NCBI GenBank assembly: GCA_963744145.1
Contig: CAVUSO010000001.1
Coordinates: 5,728,001-5,792,000, forward strand
DNA: 64,000 nt
Direction of reading: 5' to 3'
DNA from: an uncultured cyanobacterium
GTDB lineage: Bacteria > Cyanobacteriota > Cyanobacteriia > Cyanobacteriales > CAWUOF01
A program made the position numbers and the translations under genes. The notes under the pieces were generated by a model. The model saw only the letters and a program-made list of their open reading frames with translations. It searched no databases and was not told the origin of the DNA. Of the stretch, positions 51,605 to 62,069 are shown piece by piece (within the stretch, counting starts at the first letter, position 1; the number at the start of each line of letters is the position of its first letter).

Positions 51605-52534
51605 ATGAGTTCTGAAAATCTTGAGATCAAACCCCTCGCAGGTCGGATTGGAGCTGAAATTGTTGGAGTTGATTTGAGTAGTCAACTAAGTGATAGTATA
51701 ATTAGCGAAATTCGGAAAGCTCTAATTAAATACAAAGTCATTTTTTTCCGTAACCAAACCATAGATGAAAAGGGTCAGGTTGCTTTTGCTGGTCGGTTTG
51801 GTCAGCTCACAATTGCTCATCCAACAGTACCAGCATATTTTCCGGAGCATCCCGAAGTTTTTGATTTAGACTACGGACGATATAAAGCCTACACTGATCA
51901 TTGGCATACCGATGTAACTTTTGTCGATCGCCCTCCTTTGGGTTCAGTTTTACGAGCTGTGGTTATTCCTCCCTACGGTGGAGACACAGTTTGGGCTAAT
52001 ACAGCAACAGCTTATCAAGATTTACCGCCGTACCTAAAAGCTCTAGCAGATCAACTGTGGGTTGTACATACCAACGACTCCGACTATGCAGCATCTACAG
52101 TTGATGTATCTGACGCTGCTAGAGCTTACGCAAAGATTTTTCAATCTACTATCTATGAAACCATTCATCCAGCGGTTCATGTGCATCCCGAATCAGGGGA
52201 ACGAGCACTATTATTGGGTAGGTTTGCGCGTCGAATTAAGGGACTTTCTTCTACTGATTCCTTTGCAACCTTGCAACTTTTGCAGTCCTATGTGACTCGT
52301 TTAGAAAATACGGTACGCTGGCGGTGGCACATTGGAGATGTAGCATTTTGGGATAATCGCGCTACCCAACATTATGCGATCGCTGATTACGGTGATCAAC
52401 CCCGTCGAGTCCAACGAGTTACGATCGCAGGAGATATTCCCGTTAGCATTAATGGTGAACGCGGGGAAATTGTCAAAGGAAATTCTTCTGATTATATTCC
52501 TGATCGTAATGTTACTGCCGAAGTAGCTGTTTAA
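51605..52534 (+). CDS. tauD: TauD/TfdA family 2-oxoglutarate dioxygenase
   Basis: WHTD, GGDT, WDNRATQH, RR..R; real start ATG 51605 after GGAGAG (longer ORF start lies inside the MITE). Confidence 0.88.
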   Translation: MSSENLEIKPLAGRIGAEIVGVDLSSQLSDSIISEIRKALIKYKVIFFRNQTIDEKGQVAFAGRFGQLTIAHPTVPAYFPEHPEVFDLDYGRYKAYTDHWHTDVTFVDRPPLGSVLRAVVIPPYGGDTVWANTATAYQDLPPYLKALADQLWVVHTNDSDYAASTVDVSDAARAYAKIFQSTIYETIHPAVHVHPESGERALLLGRFARRIKGLSSTDSFATLQLLQSYVTRLENTVRWRWHIGDVAFWDNRATQHYAIADYGDQPRRVQRVTIAGDIPVSINGERGEIVKGNSSDYIPDRNVTAEVAV

Positions 52535-52722
52535 CTGGTATATTCCTGCATAAAAAACAAAAATTACTAACTTATGCAGGAATAGTTGACTTTTGGGCGT
52601 TGCTGATTTCATCTCCTGTGTTTTACCCAATTTCGGATCGCTTGTCTAATTGCTAGTCTTCCATTTGGACGAGATTGGTCAATGATGGAGGGAATTTCTT
52701 GCACTCGCAACATTGGAAAATT
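52464..52722 (+). repeat. Direct repeat copy 1 (tauD 3' end + intergenic + uma2 3' end)
   Basis: Near-identical to 55817-56050. Confidence 0.9.
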
Positions 52723-52807
52723 TTACTTTGCCTCTTCAAACAAATCTTGGGAAATATAGCCGCGATCGCCAAATATTTGGGTGATATCAATGCGTGATAT
52801 AATGCGA

Positions 52808-54551
52808 TCACAGAATCGGTTTAATAAATTCCATAATACCAGTATCATCAAACTCATTGGCTAAATCAATCAACCGAGTAACAAAAGGTTTATAGTCAGG
52901 GTTCAACTGTTCTAACCGATTAGCCTCATTTAATACCATATCCATATCACCAATTCGACTAGCTTGATAGATTTGTTCTAGTTCCGGTGCTGATGGGAAT
53001 ATCATTTTTTGTTCGTTTACTGCTTCTACTTCTTCATAGTTCCAAGTCAGTTGTAAATGAGTTGCTAAGAGATTAAGTAAATCTGGAGCATTAACTGGTT
53101 TGGCGAGAAAATCATCACCACCCGCGTCTAAGCTCATTTGTTGATCTATTTGAGCTACTGAAGCTGAGGAAACTAATACTTTTGTATATTTTAAATCTTC
53201 ATCGTTACGTAACTGTTTAAGAAACTCAAAACCATCCATTATTGGCATTGATAAATCTGTAATTACTAAATCAGGTAAGTTTTCTCTGGTTTTATCTAAA
53301 CCTATTTGTCCATTTTCAGCGACCATAACTATAAAACCAATCGGTTCTAATAAATTGACTATTACCGCCCTATTTTCCCAGCGATCGTCTATAATTAATA
53401 TCTGTTTTGGCTCCCCCTTATAACTAATAATATTACCAACAGGGTTTGTTTGTTTTTGTACCCATTCGACATTTAAGGGTAATTCTACTTCAAAAAAGAA
53501 TTTACTCCCTACTCCCAATATACTCTCAACCTTAATTTGTCCTCCCATTAATTGGACAATTTGCTGACTGATAGCTAACCCTAGTCCTGTACCTTCAGCT
53601 TGACGCGCGCGATCGCCTACTTGTTGAAAAGCTTGGAATAATTTCTGGATATTTTCTTCACTAATACCAACTCCCGTATCGATCACAGAAAAACGTAGGT
53701 AAATAAAAGAATTTGGATCAATATTTGAGTTTAATCGCTCTACTTTTAAAGTAACACTACCTTGATCAGTAAATTTAATCGCATTACCTAAGAGATTAAT
53801 TAATACCTGACGCAATCTTTTTTCATCAGCAATAACCCCATTAGGTAAGTTAGGATCTGGTGTGTAATAAAAATCAATACCTTTTTGTTGGGCACGGATT
53901 TGAGATATTTCTCCAACTCCTTGTACCAGTGAGGGTAAATGAATGGCACTAGGAACAAGTTCAAGTTTACGGAAGCTCTCAATTTTGGCAATATCAAGAA
54001 CATCATTGATTAAAGTTAATAAATGAGAACCGCACTGATGAATAACATTAACTCCATGTTTTTCCTGATTTGGAATAGATTTAGAACGTCCTAAAATTTG
54101 AGCATAACCTAAAATACCATTTAAGGGTGTTCGTAATTCATGACTCATACTAGCAAGAAATTCACTTTTAGCTTGATTAGCACTATCAGGTACTGAGATG
54201 AGGATAAATTTGCATTTGCTCCCACATTTGCGCTTCACCTTTGGCTCCACTAACATCAATTACACCTCTGGCAAAAGCAGAAGTGTTAAGACGATTGACA
54301 GCATAGGGAATTTCTGTATAGATTTTTAGTTTTTCCTCAATGCGCTGCGATAATTCTGAGCGTAATTGGCTAGCAACCTCATTGACAGCTTTTTGCCCAT
54401 TGCGTAAAGATAACCATCCAGTCAATCCCACAGCAGCAAAGATTTGAATAATAAATGGAGCAATTAGTATTAGTCTTAGCGGAATTAAACGAAATTTAGG
54501 CGATCGTTTAGTAGAATTAAGCTCTGAGTCTGAATTTTTCACTTTAACCAT
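52808..54551 (-). pseudogene. Hybrid histidine kinase with internal out-of-frame deletion
   Basis: N-terminal TM/sensor start (54186..54551) joins out of frame to SANQAKSEFLASMSHELRTPLN-HATPase-REC (52808..~54190). Confidence 0.75.
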
Positions 54552-54817
54552 GTCTGATGTACTAGCTGCGTTTGATTATTTAGTTTCCATAGTAATTTGG
54601 ACTAGGGTATTTTATGACTAAAATACACCAATATTTGGTTTTTAGTCTTGAATGCGATCGCTGCCAATATTCCGAATTAAAGCCACATTAAATCTACAAT
54701 TATTGATCCGAGCCAATTTCAGATGATCGAAAAGAAAGGCAAAACTTGGTATTTCGATTATGGTGAAGTATTTTACAATAATACGGGTAAACACTAATAT
54801 ACCACAAGGTAACAAGA

Positions 54818-55559
54818 ATGGGCTTTAAATACATTGATGGACTGGCAACCGCTGAGAACGTTAATAAGCTACTATCTTTAGTGGATATGGTTGCTGGCGC
54901 AAGAGTTGATCCACAAAATGTATTCGATATTGAAGATGTTTTGACTAATGGCCCACAGATGGAAAAATGCTTGCAAACTGTGTGTCAAAACTCTGATTCC
55001 GTTAAATTGCTGAACGAGCGTTATCTGGGACCAGATTTCAATCTGGAATCGTTGCTCCAATTACCCAAAGGCTCGTTGGGTTGGACCTATGGAAAAGTTT
55101 TGAGTGCAATGGAGTACGATCTCCACTTCTATCGCATTCGGGAGATTAAATCAGATGTAGATTATATCACCCACCGTATTCGCAAAACCCATGACTTGCA
55201 CCACATCTTGACGGGTTTTAGCTTTGATGATCGTGGTGAGTTCGGTGTTATTTCTGTCACAATTGGTCAGATTAAATATCCAGCATTCCAGCTAGTTTGT
55301 TTAATTGGCTCATTATTATCATTTGCGATCGACCGTCCACGAGAAGGCGTCGATGACCCATTGGAATTCAACTTTGACCTAGTTACCCAAGGAATCCGTA
55401 TTGCACGACAAGCGAAGCCTCTGTTCCCAGTAAAATTTGAGGAGGGATTAGAACGTCCCCTTGATCAATGGCTGGGCTGAGTTGAATATTGTGCCTGTGA
55501 CTGAAGGAGTTTGGAGTTGGTATAGCAATCCCAAATTGAGAGCTGCGATCGCTGCATAA
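54818..55559 (+). pseudogene. Coq4-family protein with +1 frameshift near the C-terminus
   Basis: LPKGSLG, HDLHHILTGF..D..GE; tail AELNIVPVTEG...AAIAA* continues in the next frame to 55559. Confidence 0.75.
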
Positions 55560-55626
55560 TGCAGCAACTGGTCTTGAACCTACCCTAACTAAAATCTTTG
55601 AATTAGTTGGGGTAAAAAACAAATTA

Positions 55627-55816
55627 TTATTCTTTTTCTGATTGGTCGGTTAGTTTATCATAAAAATAAGGATCGGAAATCCATTGTTCAAAGGCAAATT
55701 CTAACAAACCGTTTGGCGAAAGCTTAAACATCCAATAAAACGAAGTTGTCATCACCGCCCTGCAAAAGTTGCAGTTAGCATTGGAAGCAGATAAGTTGAA
55801 AGAATCGCCCTCCCTT
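55627..55816 (-). pseudogene. C-terminal gene fragment cut at the duplication boundary
   Basis: Protein-like frame (NCNFCR...FYWMFKL...FEQW) whose 5' end runs into the tauD copy. Confidence 0.4.
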
Positions 55817-56050
55817 GGGAAATTGTCCAAGGAAATTCTTCTGATTATATTCCTGCTCGTAATGTTACTGCCGAAGTAGCTGTTTAACTGGTATATTCCT
55901 GCATAAAAAACAAAAATTACTAACTGTTGCTGATTTCATCTCCTGTGTCTTACCCAATTTCGGATAGCTTGTCTAATTGCTAGTCTTCCATTTGGACGAG
56001 ATTGGTCAATTATGGAGGGAATTTCTTGCACTCGCAACATAGGAAAAATT
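55817..56050 (+). repeat. Direct repeat copy 2
   Basis: Near-identical to 52464-52722 except for a short deletion removing one hairpin arm. Confidence 0.9.
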
Positions 56051-56562
56051 GAGCTAGTTTCTACTTCTACATATTGCTCATTTTGAAGTTGATAAATTTT
56101 CAATTTGCCAGAATTGTAACTCCAAATTTCTGGTACACCTAAACGGGCATAAATGGGAAAGCGATTTAAAGATTTATTGGTTAAATCGATTTCTAAAGCT
56201 AAATCAGGAGGTGGATCTTGATTCAAGTCAAACTTTAATTGACCTCGTACTCTGGCTTCATTTTGAAAATAAAAGCAGTTATCGGGTTCAATTCCGGCTT
56301 GGCTAATTTCCCGTTTCCAAGTAGCCGATCCGTAATTTTCATAATTGATTGCTAGTTCTTCTGATATGTCTTTAATTGCATCCCCAATGGATTCTTTGTA
56401 ATACTCATGTTCAGGTAATGGGGTCATAATTTCCAAAGTTCCGTTATCGTAAGCAACTCGTGCAGCACGAGTTTGACCTAAGTCAATTAGTAAATTTTCA
56501 AATTGCTGCCAACTAATATCTTGTAAAATCACGCGATCGGCACGGTGTTCGGTCAGTTGCAT
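55936..56562 (-). CDS. Uma2 (DUF820) family endonuclease-like protein
   Basis: LEIMTP..EHE, EPD.CFY, PPDLALEID, YARLGVPEIW. Confidence 0.9.
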   Translation of the reverse strand: MQLTEHRADRVILQDISWQQFENLLIDLGQTRAARVAYDNGTLEIMTPLPEHEYYKESIGDAIKDISEELAINYENYGSATWKREISQAGIEPDNCFYFQNEARVRGQLKFDLNQDPPPDLALEIDLTNKSLNRFPIYARLGVPEIWSYNSGKLKIYQLQNEQYVEVETSSIFPMLRVQEIPSIIDQSRPNGRLAIRQAIRNWVRHRR

Positions 56563-56653
56563 AAGCTTTTTTCATCCCGTCTGACAAACAATTACTATAT
56601 GATCATTTTACTTTGGCTCCAATCTACAAAGAAGTTGGGGCAATCTAGTAGAT

Positions 56654-57529
56654 TTAGCAAGCATGACCGAGTTCGTGCAGAAAAGTCACTAGCATGATTA
56701 AAACCGCCAAAGTCAAGACCGTGGTCGAGCCGCCGATGGCCCAAACTGTTTGATTCGATGCGATCGCTTCTTCCGCCGAATCTAGCCATACGGCGATCGA
56801 GGAGGTAATAAATGCACAAAGGATAAATCCAATTGGCCAAGTCCAAATCCAGCGTAATTTGTCGATATGTTTGGTGAGCCAAACATCGGGATTAAAGACT
56901 GGAATTTGATAATAGAATAGTTGCATTAAATTGAATTTTTTCGGAGGTTTTTGTGGATTTATTCCTTCCAGCATCCCCGATGCTGCTAACATTTGGAGGA
57001 GATATTGCAGTTCCTCTAAGGTAATGTCGTATTGATTCGCGATCGCGGGAATTGATATTAGCTGCAATTGGGAAATTATCTCCTTATCAAAATTATCTAT
57101 TTGCAGATTAGTCAGGTTTTCCGGATTGCGAAGTATCCAATAATCCTCGGGGTGATATATCCATTCCAAGCTTGATTTTAATTGAATACCATTATTAGTT
57201 ACCTGGGGTGAAACCGCATCGGATACAGGTTTTTCTCCTTCTATTTCTGGGGGAGTTAGTAAGATTTCCCAATCAGTTAATTGCTGAAGCAATTTGACAA
57301 TAAATTCGGCAGGAATAAACTTATTGAAATGAGAGCGACAACGGTTTAAAACTTGACGAGCCGTATATTTTCCCGTAAAGTGTTTTAAAGCATAGCCTTC
57401 TATCGCTTCAAATTGATAGCGACGATTTCCGATTTTCGCTTGTAAGATTACTTGACCTGAATGATATAGTTAGTCATCTATTTGCCAATGAGCAGATAGA
57501 TCGGGACAAATAAGTTCTAGGTTATCCAT
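56654..57529 (-). pseudogene. M50-family metallopeptidase, internal stop and 3' truncation
   Basis: In-frame ATG 57529 (MDNLELICPDL), TAA at 57470-57472, NPD.WL, TM helices, ends right after HELGH. Confidence 0.75.
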
Positions 57530-59895
57530 TGAAGTAACTGTATTGATGTACTGTCAAAAAAAAAATAACTTGCGGTAATCCTTTACTGAGCCAGAAAATA
57601 GATATTTTAGGATCATCTATTTACTACTTGGAGGGGAAAGGAATACTTAGTCAATCGTTCAAATATTTCCGACAGTTTTTGAGTTCAAAAGGTAGAATGT
57701 TCAAAATCGATCTATCCCCTGAAAATCAAGGGATTGCCACTAGGATCTCAAAACTATCCAAGCTATTAAGTTAAAGCTTTTGGCCAAAACTTATCATCCG
57801 AATACAGAATAACTTAACTATGAGCAGAAAACCAGCAAATTAATATAAAGTTTCTGTAAACCTATTATCAAGATTATGTAAAGTTCCTAAAAATATTCAG
57901 CTAACATCTTGACATTACAAATGAATTTTTCTAGCATAGCGGCATCCAGTTATGTGAGGAAACGACAGCTCACTGGATGGCCAAATTTTCTGAAATTAGG
58001 GGTGGATATGGCATTCTCATCTCAGGGTAAACAAGCATCTTCAGGTCAAGGTTTGGGAAAATCAACCAAAAAACGCCACATTCGACGGCGGAGTTTCATT
58101 TTAGAGGAAATTAATACCCCTAGCGCCCTGATTCCCGGTGGGTTATCTGAATGGAATCCCCTCAAGCATATCCTCGAAACATTCTCACACTTAGGTTTAC
58201 ATTTACCAATTAATTTACATTTTTTGGCCTTAGACGGTGGTACTTGTCCCACCACCCCATCAACCAATGACCCAGGAGTCCCGTTACCAGATTTTGACCC
58301 TTTAGGATTAAGACATAATGGAGTTCCCCCTCAGACACCATTTAATCTTGATAGTGCGATCGTAACTCTACCCCCTCCCACTACTATCCTGATCGATCCA
58401 CCAGGAACAGGTTCAGGTAATGTAAATAATCCTGTTACGTTAGATCCGAAACAGTTTGATTTTCCTTTATCTTCTCAGCCATTAGTTGGTGATATAGATA
58501 CAGGATTAAATGCCAATAATCCCTATTTTAACTACAATAATATTAAGGAAGGATATAATTATGTCGATAATACTAATAGTTCCTTAATTCAATCAGGTAA
58601 TCAACATGGTACTTTTACCTTTGGGATTATTGATTCAATTAATCAAACCGCACCAAAATGGGTAGGAGATGCGATCGGTTCTGGTAAATGGGCTGATTCT
58701 TTAGTAGATTTTGTGAATGCGGCTAAAGCATCTGGGCAAAAGAATGCGATCGTCAATCTTAGTTTAGATTTAACTCAGAAAAACCCTGATGGAACGGTAA
58801 CAACACGCTATGAATTGACACCTGAAGAAAGAGCAGCTTTAGAATATGCTCGTCAAAATGGAGTTCTGATCGCAGTAGCCGCAGGAAATGACGGTGGAGT
58901 AATGTCTGTTTTAGGACAAGCTTCCCAGGAATTTGACAATATTATTACAGTTGGTTCTGGAGATACTAACGGTCGCGATTCTTATTCAAGTCACGGTTAC
59001 GGTTTAGATATTTTAGCAGACGGTGGCACAAGTGAAAATCCCGTTTACTCAACCGAGGGAAGTGGCTTAGGAACAATGGCTGGAACTTCTGTAGCAACAG
59101 CTAAGGTAACAGGAGCAGCATCATTAGTTTGGGCAGCAAATCCCAATCTAAGCTATCGTCAAGTTATTGATATTTTGGAGAAAACTGCGAAGGATTTAGG
59201 AACATCAGGATGGGATCAAGATACAGGTTTTGGACTATTAAATGTAGTAGCAGCAGTGCAATTGGCAAAAAATACTACACCAGAAGTACAAGCTACACCT
59301 CCAATTTTTACACCAACAACTTGGGGGGGTGAAGGAAAAGTTACGCCGTTAGAACGAGCTGCTTCAGATATTCCAGAATCTTGGCAGATGAGTAGTTCGG
59401 CGAAAGGAGCAGGACAAATTGCAGTTAGTCGCGATCAAGATGGTCGTCTTGAAGCATTTACAATTGGCTCTGACAATAAGGTTTATCATGCTTGGCAAAC
59501 TTCTCCTAATGGTGATTGGTCTAACTGGAGTGAGATGTCTGGAGAAACTGCTAAGAGTCTAACTGTAGCTCGAAACCAAGATGGTCGTTTAGAAGTGTTT
59601 GCAATCAACACAGATGGTAAGGTTTATCACAACTGGCAAACAACTCCTAATGGTAGTTGGGATAACTGGGACCTTCTAGCTAATAGTGTTGATGCTCAAG
59701 ATTTAACCATAGGTCAAGACGCCGATGGTCACTTAGAAGCTTTTGCGATCGATACAAATAATCAAGTTATTCACACTTGGCAAGGTCCAGGTGGTTGGAG
59801 TGACTGGGGACCGATTGCAGGTGGTAGTGCCAAAAGTATTACCGTAGGTCGCAATCCAGATGGTCGTTTGGAATTATTTACAATTGATACAGATG

Positions 59896-61470
59896 CAATA
59901 CTCCGGACAAAATTAAACTGCAATCGCACCGTAGGAAAGTAGTTCTGAGTAATTGGGATGGCTTTTGATCAAAGTCGGCTCCAAATCTAACTTCAAAATA
60001 AATTGTTCCAAAAGATGCGCGTTGAAGGCTTGGCGTTTATAAGTAGCCATAGAAAAGATAAAGGGCTCATCTTCTTGATGGTTTAATCTGGCTGATAATT
60101 TGGCAATATTCAAAGCTGTCAGACTAGCATTAAAATGAAAATCTAATTTGGCCGCATCACGGGCTTGACAATCCACTAATCCTGTAAACTGTTTAGCATC
60201 ACGAAAAATAAATTCAATCTGAAAACGAGCCTGATAATACTCGTAAATTTCCAGGGCGGTCAGCGACAAATCTGTTGAAAACAAAATTAGATAACCAGTT
60301 TTGTCAGGCTGACGCTGATCAACAACCACGACAATTTTAATGTTTCTCTCTAAGGAGACATGATTAACTATCGCACTATAAATATTAACTGATTTCTCAA
60401 CTTCCTGGCCCCAAGTCAAACGACTTAAATTAGTGAAATTGACTTTTCCTGCATAGAGACGTGGGCGACCACGCTCTTTTTGTTCACCCTGATATAAATA
60501 ACGCATATTGGCATCAATCCGCAATTTACCTAGGTAATGAAAATTGACAGATATCACCCCATCAACAAACTTTTTTTTACTATAGTACCCATCAGCTACT
60601 AGGTGGCGTATATCCGATGGAATATAGCTTTGAGCTCTTTTTAGTTGCTCTAAATACTGATCTACTCTTGTAGCTTCATCCTCTTGATTGTCCGATGTTT
60701 TCGGACTAGATTTTCGGGATTTTTTCTGATTTTTTCCTGGCGATTTTTTGGTGGTTTTTCTTGGTGATTCTGTGGGCAAAGATGGTGATGTTTGCTGAAC
60801 AGATAAAGCATAAGCCGTGTTGATATCTAAATCAATAAGTGCGAGCAGAGAAATTTCTAACCCCCGTTCTGCTTGGCTCTTACTACTATTATAGAAATAA
60901 TCTTTTCCATAGGTTTTTTTACCACTTTTTTGAATAAATGAACAGTCCATTGCTAAAATTTTTCGACTCGTGACCGCTAGGGCTAATTGCAGGAGTTGTT
61001 TATTTAACTCCAAAAAATTGAAGGAGCGCTGAAAATGGCGTCGATAAGTTTTTTCGTTTAACTGCGAGTAACGACTTAAATTAGTAAAATTGACTTTACC
61101 ATAGACTAACAAGATAGTTGTCATTAAGGTTAAGAAAAATTTTTTTTGAGCTTTACTAATCCCAGCAAGTTGAGTTAAGATGTTTTCTAGAAAATTCATA
61201 ATTATCGGTCGGGTCGAATTTACATAGTAAATTCTCTCACGATCGATATTTTTTTGGTGATCTCAGTAAGGAAAAAATTGCGCCCAATCCGTTCGGTTGC
61301 CTGATTTGGCCAGAAAATTGTTCAAGTAGAAAACGATTCAGAATCGAAAATATCTGCCAAATCAGGTTTTCGGCTAGTCCCAGTCTGTCTTTTGGCTATT
61401 GGCCGAAAACTATTGGTTAGTCAATTATACCTATAAATAATTTTCTCTCACCAAAGTGTCCGGAGTATTG
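59896..61470 (-). mobile_element. Complete insertion sequence (DDE, IS4/IS701-like), 1575 bp
   Basis: TIR CAATACTCCGGACA / TGTCCGGAGTATTG; 7-bp TSD ACAGATG at 59889-59895 and 61471-61477. Confidence 0.93.
59913..61199 (-). CDS. DDE transposase
   Basis: AMDCS, VADGYY, Y..RFQIEF.FRDAK. Confidence 0.9.
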   Translation of the reverse strand: MNFLENILTQLAGISKAQKKFFLTLMTTILLVYGKVNFTNLSRYSQLNEKTYRRHFQRSFNFLELNKQLLQLALAVTSRKILAMDCSFIQKSGKKTYGKDYFYNSSKSQAERGLEISLLALIDLDINTAYALSVQQTSPSLPTESPRKTTKKSPGKNQKKSRKSSPKTSDNQEDEATRVDQYLEQLKRAQSYIPSDIRHLVADGYYSKKKFVDGVISVNFHYLGKLRIDANMRYLYQGEQKERGRPRLYAGKVNFTNLSRLTWGQEVEKSVNIYSAIVNHVSLERNIKIVVVVDQRQPDKTGYLILFSTDLSLTALEIYEYYQARFQIEFIFRDAKQFTGLVDCQARDAAKLDFHFNASLTALNIAKLSARLNHQEDEPFIFSMATYKRQAFNAHLLEQFILKLDLEPTLIKSHPNYSELLSYGAIAV

Positions 61471-62069
61471 ACAGATGGTAAGGTTTATCACAACTGGCAA
61501 ACAAGTCCTAATGGTAGTTGGGATAATTGGGGCCTTCTAGCTAATAGTGTTGATGCTCAAGATTTAACCGTAGGTCAAGATGCTGATGGTCACTTAGAAG
61601 CTTTTGCGATCGATACAAATAATCAAGTTATTCACACTTGGTACGGTCCAGGTGGTTGGAGTAACTGGGGACCGATTGCAGGTGGTAGTGCCAAAAGTAT
61701 TACAGTAGGTCGCAATCCAAATGGTAGTTTGGAGCTATTTACAATTGGTACAGATGGTAATGTTTATCACAACTGGCAAACAACTCCTAATGGTAGTTGG
61801 GATAACTGGGGTCTTCTAGCTAATAGTGTTGATGCTCAAGATTTAACTGTAAGTCAAGATGCTGATGGTCACTTAGAAGCTTTTGCGATCAACACAGATA
61901 ATAAAGTTATCCATACTTGGTACGGTCCAGGTGGTTGGAGTAATTGGGGACCGATTTCATCCAGTTCATTGCCTTCTAATAACTCCAATAGCAATAATTC
62001 CTCTGATATTCATTATGTTAATTTCTCTGGTTCTGTTGGGCCGGATATTGGGGTTAACTTGCGTTATAG

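Noticed and set aside
890..58390. Frequent GCGATCGC octamers as a novel signal
   Set aside because: This is HIP1, a well-known cyanobacterial repeat; used only as a taxonomic clue
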